DNA of 63,837 nt, filler included, from Octopus bimaculoides (taxonomy: Eukaryota), in NCBI RefSeq assembly GCF_001194135.2. It is 6 parts of 5 records of this genome, joined end to end, with 100 filler letters (N's around TTAATTAATTAA, not from the genome) between each part and the next. Parts side by side here need not be neighbours in the genome. Positions count along the whole stretch, not along the records: positions 42,507 to 54,784 come from NC_069006.1; positions 54,885 to 60,296 come from NC_068989.1; positions 60,397 to 62,369 come from NW_026382677.1; 3 more parts are not named here. One strand, 5' to 3'. Positions 49,694 through 62,189 of the stretch are shown here, one piece after another (the first letter of the stretch is position 1; every line of letters begins with the position of its first letter). The notes beneath the pieces are model-generated. The model saw only the letters and a list, made by a program, of their open reading frames with translations, had not been told where the DNA came from and ran no database searches. The translations under genes were made by a program, and so were the position numbers.

Positions 49694-50939
49694 CTAAAAC
49701 AGGAGTTAGTGGTGTTTAGTTCTTGTTTCAGAGTTTTAAATGGATGCGAAATAAGCCTACCCAAGGACAGAGCATTAGTCTCTCTCAGTTAACGTTCCCT
49801 TGAGTGAACTACAACTTCATCACAGATAATGAACGGTTGTTAAAATTACTTGCAACTAGTTAGACGTAGTAATGAAATTTTATTAACAACATATTTTTAC
49901 AGGAAGAAAAAGAGAGAGAAAAATAACCATTAAAAGTATAAAAGATGAAAGTATCGAGAAAAAAAAAGAAAACCCAACTCTATCGCACCAATGAAACAAA
50001 GAAGAAAAAAGAAAAAGGGAAATAAAGCAGCAGATGATGGGGGGTAGGGTGNNNNNNNNNNNNNNNNNNNNNNNNNNNNNNNNNNNNNNNNNNNNNNNNN
50101 NNNNNNNNNNNNNNNNNNNNNNNNNNNNNNNNNNNNNNNNNNNNNNNNNNNNNNNNNNNNNNNNNNNNNNNNNNNNNNNNNNNNNNNNNNNNNNNNNNNN
50201 NNNNNNNNNNNNNNNNNNNNNNNNNNNNNNNNNNNNNNNNNNNNNNNNNNNNNNNNNNNNNNNNNNNNNNNNNNNNNNNNNNNNNNNNNNNNNNNNNNNN
50301 NNNNNNNNNNNNNNNNNNNNNNNNNNNNNNNNNNNNNNNNNNNNNNNNNNNNNNNNNNNNNNNNNNNNNNNNNNNNNNNNNNNNNNNNNNNNNNNNNNNN
50401 NNNNNNNNNNNNNNNNNNNNNNNNNNNNNNNNNNNNNNNNNNNNNNNNNNNNNNNNNNNNNNNNNNNNNNNNNNNNNNNNNNNNNNNNNNNNNNNNNNNN
50501 NNNNNNNNNNNNNNNNNNNNNNNNNNNNNNNNNNNNNNNNNNNNNNNNNNNNNNNNNNNNNNNNNNNNNNNNNNNNNNNNNNNNNNNNNNNNNNNNNNNN
50601 NNNNNNNNNNNNNNNNNNNNNNNNNNNNNNNNNNNNNNNNNNNNNNNNNNNNNNNNNNNNNNNNNNNNNNNNNNNNNNNNNNNNNNNNNNNNNNNNNNNN
50701 NNNNNNNNNNNNNNNNNNNNNNNNNNNNNNNNNNNNNNNNNNNNNNNNNNNNNNNNNNNNNNNNNNNNNNNNNNNNNNNNNNNNNNNNNNNNNNNNNNNN
50801 NNNNNNNNNNNNNNNNNNNNNNNNNNNNNNNNNNNNNNNNNNNNNNNNNNNNNNNNNNNNNNNNNNNNNNNNNNNNNNNNNNNNNNNNNNNNNNNNNNNN
50901 NNNNNNNNNNNNNNNNNNNNNNNNNNNNNNNNNNNNNNN

Positions 50940-51011
<72 letters not shown>

Positions 51012-51426
51012 GTATACCCACACCTCCTAAACGAAAAACTCGGATTAACAGTTTGTGAGGTCTTTCGGATTCAAGTAAATATAATTCTGGTTAGCTATTT
51101 GGTTAAATGGTGGACCGATTGATTTATAAAAATAAAATAGTGAAATACAACTAGTGCGTGTGTTTATTTATGACATAATGACCCTCCCGATATGTAAAAA
51201 GAATATTGTTCCACATTCGAGTTAACATCAAGAAGCTTTCAAACCAAACTCATTAACGAAATAACTCTACATTTCAAATTGAGTATTCTCTTTTTTTCTT
51301 TCTTGGTTGCGCAAGCAAATACATACATACAGTCATTCATACATACATGCATACATACATACATACATACATGCATATATATATGCATATATACATACAT
51401 ATATACATACATACAAATGCATGCAT

Positions 51427-51457
<31 letters not shown>

Positions 51458-52385
51458 TACGTATGGATATATGAGTGTGTGTGTGTGCGCGCACACACAC
51501 ACACGCATGCACACACACACGCATGCACACACACACACGCATGCACACACACACACGCATGCACACACAATATATATATATATATATGAATATGAGTGTG
51601 TGTATATTTGTGTGTTTGCGTCTTCTGTGTGCATACTGCGCATATATACACATATTCATACATCAAAAGCGATATACATGTATAGCGAATCCATGCATAC
51701 ATACATACATTCAAATATATATATATATATATATATANNNNNNNNNNNNNNNNNNNNNNNNNNNNNNNNNNNNNNNNNNNNNNNNNNNNNNNNNNNNNNN
51801 NNNNNNNNNNNNNNNNNNNNNNNNNNNNNNNNNNNNNNNNNNNNNNNNNNNNNNNNNNNNNNNNNNNNNNNNNNNNNNNNNNNNNNNNNNNNNNNNNNNN
51901 NNNNNNNNNNNNNNNNNNNNNNNNNNNNNNNNNNNNNNNNNNNNNNNNNNNNNNNNNNNNNNNNNNNNNNNNNNNNNNNNNNNNNNNNNNNNNNNNNNNN
52001 NNNNNNNNNNNNNNNNNNNNNNNNNNNNNNNNNNNNNNNNNNNNNNNNNNNNNNNNNNNNNNNNNNNNNNNNNNNNNNNNNNNNNNNNNNNNNNNNNNNN
52101 NNNNNNNNNNNNNNNNNNNNNNNNNNNNNNNNNNNNNNNNNNNNNNNNNNNNNNNNNNNNNNNNNNNNNNNNNNNNNNNNNNNNNNNNNNNNNNNNNNNN
52201 NNNNNNNNNNNNNNNNNNNNNNNNNNNNNNNNNNNNNNNNNNNNNNNNNNNNNNNNNNNNNNNNNNNNNNNNNNNNNNNNNNNNNNNNNNNNNNNNNNNN
52301 NNNNNNNNNNNNNNNNNNNNNNNNNNNNNNNNNNNNNNNNNNNNNNNNNNNNNNNNNNNNNNNNNNNNNNNNNNNNNNNNNNNNN

Positions 52386-52439
52386 CTACTACTACTACTA
52401 CTACTACTACTACTGCTGCTGCTGATTCTGCTGCTGCTG

Positions 52440-52482
<43 letters not shown>

Positions 52483-52516
52483 GGCTACAACAACAACAAC
52501 AACAACAAAAACAACA

Positions 52517-52569
<53 letters not shown>

Positions 52570-52625
52570 AACAACAATAAGAACAACAACAACCACTACT
52601 ACTACAACTGCTGCTGCTGCTGCCA
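52386..52625. repeat. (CTA)n/(CAA)n/(CTG)n mosaic trinucleotide array
   Basis: Directly visible. Confidence 0.95.
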
Positions 52626-53899
52626 CTGTGCAGTCCCTACCATCCCTTCTGACGAGCAAATTATTAAAACCGGCTGAAATGGATCTAAAATACTGTATTA
52701 GACAAATGGCTTATAAAATAGATACATACAAGATTGGTAATACACCTCCTGAATTATCTTCAAATACGGTCTGTCTCTCTCTCTCTCTCTTTCTCCCCCA
52801 CGCTCTCCCTCTCTCACACACATGCACACACAAACATATTAACGTTTTATCTTGACAGATGATAAACCGTCTCAGTTAATCGACATCATCTCGATAATCT
52901 CTAATGTGTCTGTGTGCTCTGAGATAACTCTTAAGACATGCAGTTGGTCTGCAAAAGCTTCAAACATATGCAACAGATAAGAGTGAAAACTTTTCCAACT
53001 GCCTAAGTCTGCACACCGTTGCTACTTCTCCGCCACTACTTTAATGCAGAGACAGGACGAACCAGACGACACAACATCGCATTAAAGTGATACACGCTTG
53101 TACAACATGTATCTCACTCTCTAACTATCGGCAAATGGAATCCAATGACAAGCATACATTGAAAGATGACAGGAAGCTATGTAAACTGTAGGTTTGATTT
53201 CCGAAAACCTTCTCTTAGCGTTCTCCAACTGGGCATACCTACAATTCAGCAAAGTTTTGAACAAAGGATATTTGCACACAAATAGATGGCTTTTGTCTCC
53301 AATGAATTCATACACACCCCGCTTTTTCTTTATCTTGCAAGGTGTCTAAAACTCATCCCGCTTTCTCATCAAACAGGTTCGGTGGGGTTGCCAGTTTAGT
53401 CGCCGACGAACCGACCATGCAACAGGGTGTACTACGTTACGTGTTACCAGTAGTACTCAAGAGTGACCTANNNNNNNNNNNNNNNNNNNNNNNNNNNNNN
53501 NNNNNNNNNNNNNNNNNNNNNNNNNNNNNNNNNNNNNNNNNNNNNNNNNNNNNNNNNNNNNNNNNNNNNNNNNNNNNNNNNNNNNNNNNNNNNNNNNNNN
53601 NNNNNNNNNNNNNNNNNNNNNNNNNNNNNNNNNNNNNNNNNNNNNNNNNNNNNNNNNNNNNNNNNNNNNNNNNNNNNNNNNNNNNNNNNNAACGTATATA
53701 TATATATATATATATATGAGAACGCAATAAGTTTCGAAAATCGATTAAGGTTGTTCATCATTTTTTCAGTCTGCGGAGAAATGGCTAAAATTTGCCCTGT
53801 TTATAATTAGTTCATAATCATACCATATGTTACATATATATTATACCATACCTTGATACTGTGTGGACTAAGATCTCCGTGGACAGGCTGCTGGTAATT

Positions 53900-54728
53900 A
53901 TAGAGTGTTAAACACTTTCGGTATGCAAATTACATGTCCTTTATTACATGGGAAAATGAAAGTAAATCTTCATATTTCAATGTAAGCACTGGTAGCATCA
54001 ACCAGTTTCCTGAAACGGCCAGGGATGGAATGAACAACCTTCTGAAGGACGTCGTCGGGGATATCATTGAGAACCTCCCGAATCCGTGTCTATAAGTCCT
54101 CCAGTGTGCAAGGTTTTGTCTTCTACACCGCTTTTGTGTAACCCCACAGGTACAAATCACATGGTGTGAGCTCTGGACTTCTGGACTTCTGAGATCATAG
54201 TCTTCAGGTTTCAGCGCCTGCACGTAATGGGGTTTCCACGGACGAAAATTCAATTCTTTGTACAACACCGTACGTATTGTGTGTCTTGTCGCTTCACTTT
54301 CATGAGCTGCTTGACCTGTTGATCTTTGCGGGCTGCGATTAAACATGTCCTGCACTGTTTCCACGTTCTCCGCTGATCGGGAGAACGTGATTGGACAGCC
54401 ACTTCTTCTTGCATCGTTCACAGAGCACGTGGTCATCAGCTTTGCATGACAACTTTTTATTGTCTCCAGACATAGTGCTTCATGCCTACCTTTCCATGCA
54501 CACCACCATTTCTGAACCAAAACAATGGAATTCCACAGTTTATAGCGCACTGCTATCTTAGCTCGCTCCTGAACAATCAAGCGACCAGCCATCTGGAAAA
54601 TAAGAAATAAGACAATAAGAAAATAAGAAATCCCCAATAGTGTTTTAAAAATGTTTTTGTCATGACTTCAGTGATACTAAAAATTTTATAAGCAATTTTT
54701 AATGCCTAGTTACTTTCCACCCACCCTG
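53900..54728 (-). mobile_element. Internally deleted mariner-like (DDxD-type) element
   Basis: The 5' end reads TA-CAGGGTGGGTGGAAAGTAACT at 54728. The N-terminal ORF has RRSGCP..RS.ENVE..RSP.RS...RPWKPHYVQ, joined directly to RSPELTPCDLYLWG (after removing an 8-nt duplication). The first two catalytic Asp regions are missing and the other TIR was not identified. Confidence 0.8.
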
Positions 54729-54884
54729 TATATATACACATATAAATACACACACAAACATACGTATACACACACACACACACANNNNNNNNNNNNNNNN
54801 NNNNNNNNNNNNNNNNNNNNNNNNNNNNTTAATTAATTAANNNNNNNNNNNNNNNNNNNNNNNNNNNNNNNNNNNNNNNNNNNN

Positions 54885-54922
<38 letters not shown>

Positions 54923-55224
54923 CATACATACAATTGGTGCGAAAATGCAACTTTCGGGATTGGTAATAAAGAATCTCTATCTTGTTGCGAATTACGCTGG
55001 AAAGAAAAGTTGAAAACCAAGTTTTAATACAATTCACTAATATCTTGATGTTCTGCATTGACTATAAAGAGAACAGGGGTATGAACTACTCTCCAGTGCC
55101 TCTGCAACGGTCATTGCGTGTGGACGTACGTCATACGTGTGTGAAGTTTTCTACTTTGTACCTTGACTTTAGGCCATTGTATTAAGATTAATGATCGAGT
55201 TAAATTTAGTGTTGTTTACATTTA

Positions 55225-57640
55225 GTGATGATCCATAAGCCAATAACGCGTCATGATAATGAATGCCGAATATTTATTACTCCATATGATCTTAGCGACC
55301 GAGTTTTGCCAACTTACAAGAACATACTAAAATATATTTTATTTGAACGAGAAAAAGAAAATAATGTAGTTAAGAAAGATCCTTCAATTAAACAAATAGT
55401 CAAGATCGTAGCAGTAAAGATAATTCTTCTTTGGCAAAAGGCATCCATCCCTTGTGTTTCGAGTCAGTTAAACCGAAAATCTTAAACTTTTATCTAAAGT
55501 ACCACGCATTACTAAAATCTGTGAAAAATAGAAAAAAATGTGCCATCGTTTCAAACAAAGTGTAATATGTTTAAAAACAATGCAACAAAAGATTTATTTG
55601 ATATATCTTGTTGGAGGTGCAACTCCTTTAAAAACTGTAGTTGTAGTAGAGACAAAAAATGCCGCAGAGAGAACAAGATTTTTTTTACAGGATCAATGGA
55701 CATATCGAAAAATGATCATTGGGCGAATAGATCAAGCAATATCTAAACAGAACGTTCAGAGGTTGATTAGAAAGAACCGGCCAGATCACAGTAACCCTTT
55801 TCCGCCAGCAAAGGATAGNNNNNNNNNNGATTTATTTGATATATCTTGTTGGAGGTGCAACTCCTTTAAAAACTGTAGTTGTAGTAGAGACAAAAAATGC
55901 CGCAGAGAGAACAAGATTTTTTTTACAGGATCAATGGACATATCGAAAAATGATCATTGGGCGAATAGATCAAGCAATATCTAAACAGAACGTTCAGAGG
56001 TTGATTAGAAAGAACCGGCCAGATCACAGTAACCCTTTTCCGCCAGCAAAGGATAGCGTTTTCATCAAACTATAAATCTGGAAATGTATCAGCAGGCGAA
56101 GATGAAGATTTTCCAATTCTATTTTCCATGAAACGAAAAGACATCAGCAAAAACCTAAGTTCAAAAACACCAATAAAACGAATGAAATTCCCAGAACTAG
56201 CTTTTGCCTGTGACCATACCGGTGTATCATACCGTGCTGCTGCTTTTCTTACAAATTCGGTCATGAACGACTTAACGGCAAGTACATCTGGTGAATGTTC
56301 TTTCGTTATAGACAGACCGAAGGTAAGGCGGGAACGATCCAGAAAACGTAAATCCCTGTAGCAGGAAGGTAGGCCACATAAACCATTGTCTGGCGTGTAT
56401 TTTGATGGAAGGAGGGACACAACCCTCATAAGTGAACAAATGGGAAAAAAATTCGTAAGAAAACAATTCAAGAAGAAAACATTTCATTGATAGAAGAACC
56501 TAAGTCCCACTATCTTGGGTACTTTGCTGTTAAAACGGGCTCTGCAAAAGCTATTTCTAGTGGTTTGTTCAATTATTTGGAAACCAATGAGATAGCAACC
56601 AATCACATGATAGCTGTAGGTTCCAATGGTACTGCAGTCAATAAAGGACCAAAAGGAGGCACCATTAGACTTTTGGAGGATAAATTGAAGAAGCCATTGC
56701 ATTGGTTTTGTGTGTCAGCTCCACGCAAATGAGCTTCCCTTACGCCATCTTATTAACGATATCGACTGGAAAACTACCGGGCCTCGTGGATTTCTTGGGC
56801 CGATTGGTAAGAGACCGGAGCGATGTGAAACACTGTGTTGTGAAATTTAATCAGATTCCAACGGACTTACCATCAATAGACAGAAACGATCTCAGCACTG
56901 GTCAAAAATACCTTCTTGATATCCACCTGTCTATTTCTGAAGGGAAATGTTCACCTGAAATGGCATTAAGGAATTCTGGTAAAATGGCGCATTGTCGGTG
57001 GCTTACAACTGCAAATTGTGTGCTACGGTTGTATGTTGCCACCGAGAATCCTTCTAATATGATGAAATTAATTGTTGCTTACATAATGAAAGTTTATGTG
57101 CCAATGTGGTTCACAATTAAACGCAACTCTTCCTCGAAAAATGGGACTCTAAATGTGTTCAAGACGGTGGAGTCTTCGAGAGAAATGGATCAAGCGGTAC
57201 AATGCTTTCTTCGCGCATCAAGAAAATATTTTACTGGCCATGATAAACGATGAACGGAGCCACATTCGAGAACTCGCATGCAGGCACATAAGGCAGGCAC
57301 ATAAAGCAGGCTCAATATAGTATAAAATTCCTATCCTAAATTTTACTGCCTCAAACTACATGGACGTAATTAACTGGCAGAACACTATTGCTACTGAACC
57401 ACCTCTAATATAGGCATATTCCGATGAAGAAATTGATACCTTCATTCAACAGCAGCATTTGATGCAACTGGGAAAATTAGTGTCACGCCCAAGCTGTGGA
57501 GAGATGTGTGAAACTCGTAACAGAAGCATCGTCTAACGTTTGTGGTGAAAATAGCCGAGACGGTTTCATTAGGAGTCTAATCGAATCGGGAGAAAAAAAT
57601 TCCGGTGTTTGTGACAAAAAAAGATTTCAGATTGAAAGGT
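55225..57640 (+). pseudogene. Disrupted hAT-superfamily (hATm-like) transposase
   Basis: Ordered motifs WQKASIP, LFDI..C.C..C.C, CDHTGVSYRAAA, YFDGRRD (56398), EEPKSHYLG, GSNGTAVN, CQLHANELPLRHL, HCRWLTTAN..LRLYV, KVYVPMWF..K and CHAQAVERCVKLVTEAS (E at 57499). Multiple stops and frameshifts. The subgroup assignment is from memory; TIRs were not found. Confidence 0.8.
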
Positions 57641-58007
57641 AATACAGCAATAATCAATTAGAATTGTTTATTTTTAGCTATTTTGAACATAACAAATAAT
57701 ATTATGCTGTTTTAGGAATTTCCCAAACAACAAATCTTTGACTGTTCCATTTCTTTATTTGAGAGTGAGATGCTGATTCTCGTCTACGAAAAAATAAATT
57801 GGCTTTATTACTAGAACGAAAAGGAATGCACTACGATTCCTATTATTTAGTTACATGGAATTATTTCGATTAAATTGAAAATGTTAATTATTTTATCACC
57901 AAAATGTCTCAAGAGTCAAAAATTGGTTTACACATAAAAATCTTATTTTAATGTGTATGTAACCTAGACCTCAAGTAACATATATTCGGTGACTTAGTAT
58001 TAAAAAT

Positions 58008-58370
58008 AACAAGAACACCCAGAGAGCGCAAAACTCCGTCAAGGCAACACCAACGTTCTCTTAACGATTAGACAGAAATGATCTTTAAAAAGAGAATATC
58101 TGAAATAAACTCGACTGCTCTCACAAGCGAGAATACTAAACATGAACCCGACCGCTCTCAAAATGTAAGTAAAAAAAACCCAGAAAAATAATCTAGAATC
58201 CTTGTCCGGTACCGGATCGATATCCAAATCCAAACAGTTCGTGCCAGTCACGAGGCCAAACATCCCTGAAAGTTTCATCCGAATCCATTCAGCAGTTCTT
58301 GAGATATCTTCTCCATGGACAAGCAGACACGACTGAAAACAATACCTCCACCTTCGCTAAGGCGGAGGAC
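58008..58370 (+). mobile_element. HINE/DINE-1-like non-autonomous element (Helentron-associated type)
   Basis: Starts aacaagaacacccagagagcgcaaaactccgtcaagg; the 3' hairpin is cctcc-a-cctt-cgct-aagg-c-ggagg (58345-58368). The 5' ctccgtcaagg is an imperfect inverted match to the 3' taaggcggag. Confidence 0.6.
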
Positions 58371-58855
58371 ATACAGAAAACAAAGTCGAAAAGTCTATTT
58401 CACATAATTTCGTAATGAATTTTAAGTGCATTGCGGAGTCTAAATATATAAATTTTAGAGCTTGAAATTTTAACAGTCTTGTTGTTAGNNNNNNNNNNNN
58501 NNNNNNNNNNNNNNNNNNNNNNNNNNNNNNNNNNNNNNNNNNNNNNNNNNNNNNNNNNNNNNNNNNNNNNNNNNNNNNNNNNNNNNNNNNNNNNNNNNNN
58601 NNNNNNNNNNNNNNNNNNNNNNNNNNNNNNNNNNNNNNNNNNNNNNNNNNNNNNNNNNNNNNNNNNNNNNNNNNNNNNNNNNNNNNNNNNNNNNNNNNNN
58701 NNNNNNNNNNNNNNNNNNNNNNNNNNNNNNNNNNNNNNNNNNNNNNNNNNNNNNNNNNNNNNNNNNNNNNNNNNNNNNNNNNNNNNNNNNNNNNNNNNNN
58801 NNNNNNNNNNNNNNNNNNNNNNNNNNNNNNNNNNNNNNNNNNNNNNNNNNNNNNN

Positions 58856-58928
<73 letters not shown>

Positions 58929-59502
58929 CATATACACGTATATATATACACACCCACAACCAAAATACACATTCACATACACATACACATACAAGCAGGA
59001 AAACACAAGCGCAGGTGTAATAGCATACATAATTAATCAAACTGGAAGAGAATCAGACAAGATATGGAAGCTTAGCGATATTGCAGCTGAAGTTGAAATT
59101 TTAGTCGAAATTGCATAACTTTTGTGTTGATTTGGGTGGAATAAATGTTAGGAAAAGACTAAAAATTCTCTTTAGACTACGACCATTTTCTTTTCTCGCA
59201 TTCCACCCTCTGGTGTGCACATCTAACTGCGATTATACTCAATGGTTTATGCTGAGCCTGAATAAGACAAGTTTTGTGTACGTTAGAGAAGGAAGGTTTG
59301 TTGATCAAACTTTATATATCAGTGTTGGGGTAGGATTTTCTGGGTATCAAGAGCCAAAGAGTATTGGATTTCCAGATCTTCATGAGCGTAGGTTCTGAAT
59401 ACTTTGCATGCAGTAGGAATAAATTTTCATTTCTTACTAGTGAATGGCAGACCTCACTAAAACCATCATAACATTATTTCCCTTCATTATTTCTGAGCTG
59501 AG

Positions 59503-59680
59503 AGCGGCGAGCTGACAGAATCATTAGTACGCCGGGCGAAATGCTTTGCAGCATCTCGTTCGTCCTTACGTTCTGAGTGCAAATTCCGCCGAGGTCGATT
59601 TTGCCTTTTATCCTTTCGGGGTTGATAAAATAAGTATCAGACGAGCGCCGGGGTTGATGTAATGTAATCGACTTAACTAT
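59503..59680 (+). mobile_element. SINE family A copy
   Basis: Matches 5652-5875. Confidence 0.9.
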
Positions 59681-59692
59681 TCCTGGGCAAGA

Positions 59693-59727
<35 letters not shown>

Positions 59728-59731
<4 letters not shown>

Positions 59732-60296
59732 GATACTAATATTAGGGATAAAAATGCAAATTTACAGGGAAAAATTCAATTTAATTTATCAAAATTAAAA
59801 TTAAATTAAATTTCACAATATATAATATATACATATATAATTTAGAGAAAAACATGCACCTTGATATACTAATAATATTAAATTCTTTAATGATTCGAAA
59901 TATAATTATAATATCAAAGATTATAATATTGACGATCCATTTATTTTTTTATAATAAACATAACATTAAGAATTATGATAAGGTCTACGTGGTAATAATG
60001 GTAATAACAATAGGTATTATGATAATAAAAAAACATAAACATAATTATAATGGACAAAATAATAAGAATAAATTTAATTCATTTAAGGATAATAATAAAT
60101 TTAATAATATAAGTAATAAATATAATAATAATAATACGAACAAAATTTGGCTAATTGTTTCTTACGGCGTTCAAGTTAAAACTAACATTATTAAAGAGAT
60201 CTTAGATATAATTAATATATTCCTTAGAGATAATAATAAAATATAATAATATTTTTTCTAGTAATAATTTGGGAGTAGGTTATCCTACTACTAATA
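59728..60296 (+). mobile_element. Extremely AT-rich PLE fragment (post-RT linker region)
   Basis: KIWLIVSYGVQVKTNIIKEILDII...IFSSNNLGVGY resembles the PLE linker IIWFNPPFS..VKTNIGK.FL.L.DK...IFNRNT.KVSYS. Confidence 0.5.
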
Positions 60297-60413
60297 NNNN
60301 NNNNNNNNNNNNNNNNNNNNNNNNNNNNNNNNNNNNNNNNTTAATTAATTAANNNNNNNNNNNNNNNNNNNNNNNNNNNNNNNNNNNNNNNNNNNNTGTG
60401 TGTGTAAACATAC

Positions 60414-60467
60414 ATATTCACGCTGGAGCGCCAGTTGAGGTGTCCCACCACGATCGCGGATCTTGAC
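60414..60467 (-). other. Candidate 54-nt coding exon (VKIRDRGGTPQLALQREY in phase 0, or SRSAIVVGHLNWRSSVN in phase 2)
   Basis: Acceptor tcttttattgtttcag|, donor |gtatgt; GC/CpG-rich island in AT-rich microsatellite surroundings; length divisible by 3. Confidence 0.45.
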
Positions 60468-60661
60468 CTGAAACAATAAAAGATTGTAAAGAGAGAGACA
60501 AACAGAAAGACAAATAGATACATACATGCGTATACATACATACATACATACATACATACATTTTATAATCATATGTATATAATTAAATGTATCTGTGAAA
60601 TGTGACTATTATGTTGACAGGTATGTATGTGTGTATGTATGTATGTATGTATGTATGTATG

Positions 60662-60718
<57 letters not shown>

Positions 60719-61219
60719 CAAGTAACTTGTAATTTTTGCTGCAGGTGCGGCATTCATTTTTATGTGTTGTAATTAAATGCACTTTTTCTATACAGCAGCA
60801 TTCATGTACCTTTTGATCTCTGATTGAGTGAGATAGAGCGAGCGAGAGAGATAAATATTACAAAGGGGGACAGACAGACAGGCCAACAGACAGACACACG
60901 TGCGCAAGCACACAGACACACAAACACACACACAAACACACACATATACACACACTCACACACACACAGGGAAGCCATCACAACTTCAGCCGATTTTCCC
61001 GTCACAATATACTGGCGAGTGGCTAGGCACTTGATCAAGATGTCGCATATCTTGTTCTTAACAAGAACCACGTGGTTATGAAATCGCTTATATTTCAACA
61101 ACCACCGGCTTCTGTTGGGCTTTTTATTTTGCTATGTTTTCCTCATCTCTACATCTCTTCGGTATGTTTTTCGACACTCTGCACACTTCCGTATATATCT
61201 CCTAGCATAAACTGATATA

Positions 61220-62135
61220 CGTAAGATCAAAGTCTTGTGAGTGGATTTGATAGACGGAAACTGAAAGATGCCCGTCGTATATATATATTATATATTTATG
61301 TATGTATGTATGTATGTATGCATATGTTTGTGTCTGTGTTTGTCTCCTCCCTACCCACCATCGCTTGACAACCGATGTTGGTGTGTTTACATCCCCGTAA
61401 CTTAGCGGTTCGGCTAGAGACCGATACAATAACAACTAGGCTTACAAAGAATAAGTCCTGTTGTCGATTTATTCGACTAAAAAAGTGGTGCTCCAGCATG
61501 GCCGCAGTCAAATGACAAACAATTAAAAGAATGAAAAAGTGTGTGTGTGCGCGTGTATGTGTGCGTGCACGTGTGTATATACGCAAGCGTGTCTGTGCGG
61601 TTAAGACGTCAGCTTCTCAACACGGGCTTCGGGTTCAGTCCCACTGCGCGACACCTTCAGCATTGTCATTGACACCTTCAGCATAGAGAAATTGNNNNNN
61701 NNNNNNNNNNNNNNNNNNNNNNNNNNNNNNNNNNNNNNNNNNNNNNNNNNNNNNNNNNNNNNNNNNNNNNNNNNNNNNNNNNNNNNNNNNNNNNNNNNNN
61801 NNNNNNNNNNNNNNNNNNNNNNNNNNNNNNNNNNNNNNNNNNNNNNNNNNNNNNNNNNNNNNNNNNNNNNNNNNNNNNNNNNNNNNNNNNNNNNNNNNNN
61901 NNNNNNNNNNNNNNNNNNNNNNNNNNNNNNNNNNNNNNNNNNNNNNNNNNNNNNNNNNNNNNNNNNNNNNNNNNNNNNNNNNNNNNNNNNNNNNNNTGTG
62001 TGTTTGTGTGTGTGTTTGTCGCCACCACCGCATGGCTACCGGTGTTGGTGTACTTACGTCTTTGTAACATAGCGACAGAATAATCACCAGGCTCGCATGA
62101 CTTGAAAAAAAATTCGAAGTGGTCTAAACAAGTAA
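61220..62135 (+). mobile_element. SINE family B copies and fragments (61220-61537, 61590-61680, 61997-62135)
   Basis: Matches to 24151-24550. Confidence 0.8.
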
Positions 62136-62155
62136 AAGACAAAATACATATATGC

Positions 62156-62189
<34 letters not shown>

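Noticed and set aside
55591-56056. Perfect 228-bp tandem duplication inside the hAT-like transposase
   Set aside because: The contig before the 10-N gap ends with exactly the sequence that starts the next contig, so it is an unmerged overlap artefact.
59728-60296. Possible mitochondrial insertion (NUMT) suggested by very high AT content
   Set aside because: I recognised no mitochondrial protein or rRNA motif, the minus-strand frames I read contain TAA stops, and a PLE linker-like motif explains it better.
60414-60467. Cadherin assignment for VKIRDRGGTPQL
   Set aside because: There is only a loose likeness to V.A.D.G.P.L, the following residues do not fit, and no other cadherin motifs (DxNDN, LDRE) were found.
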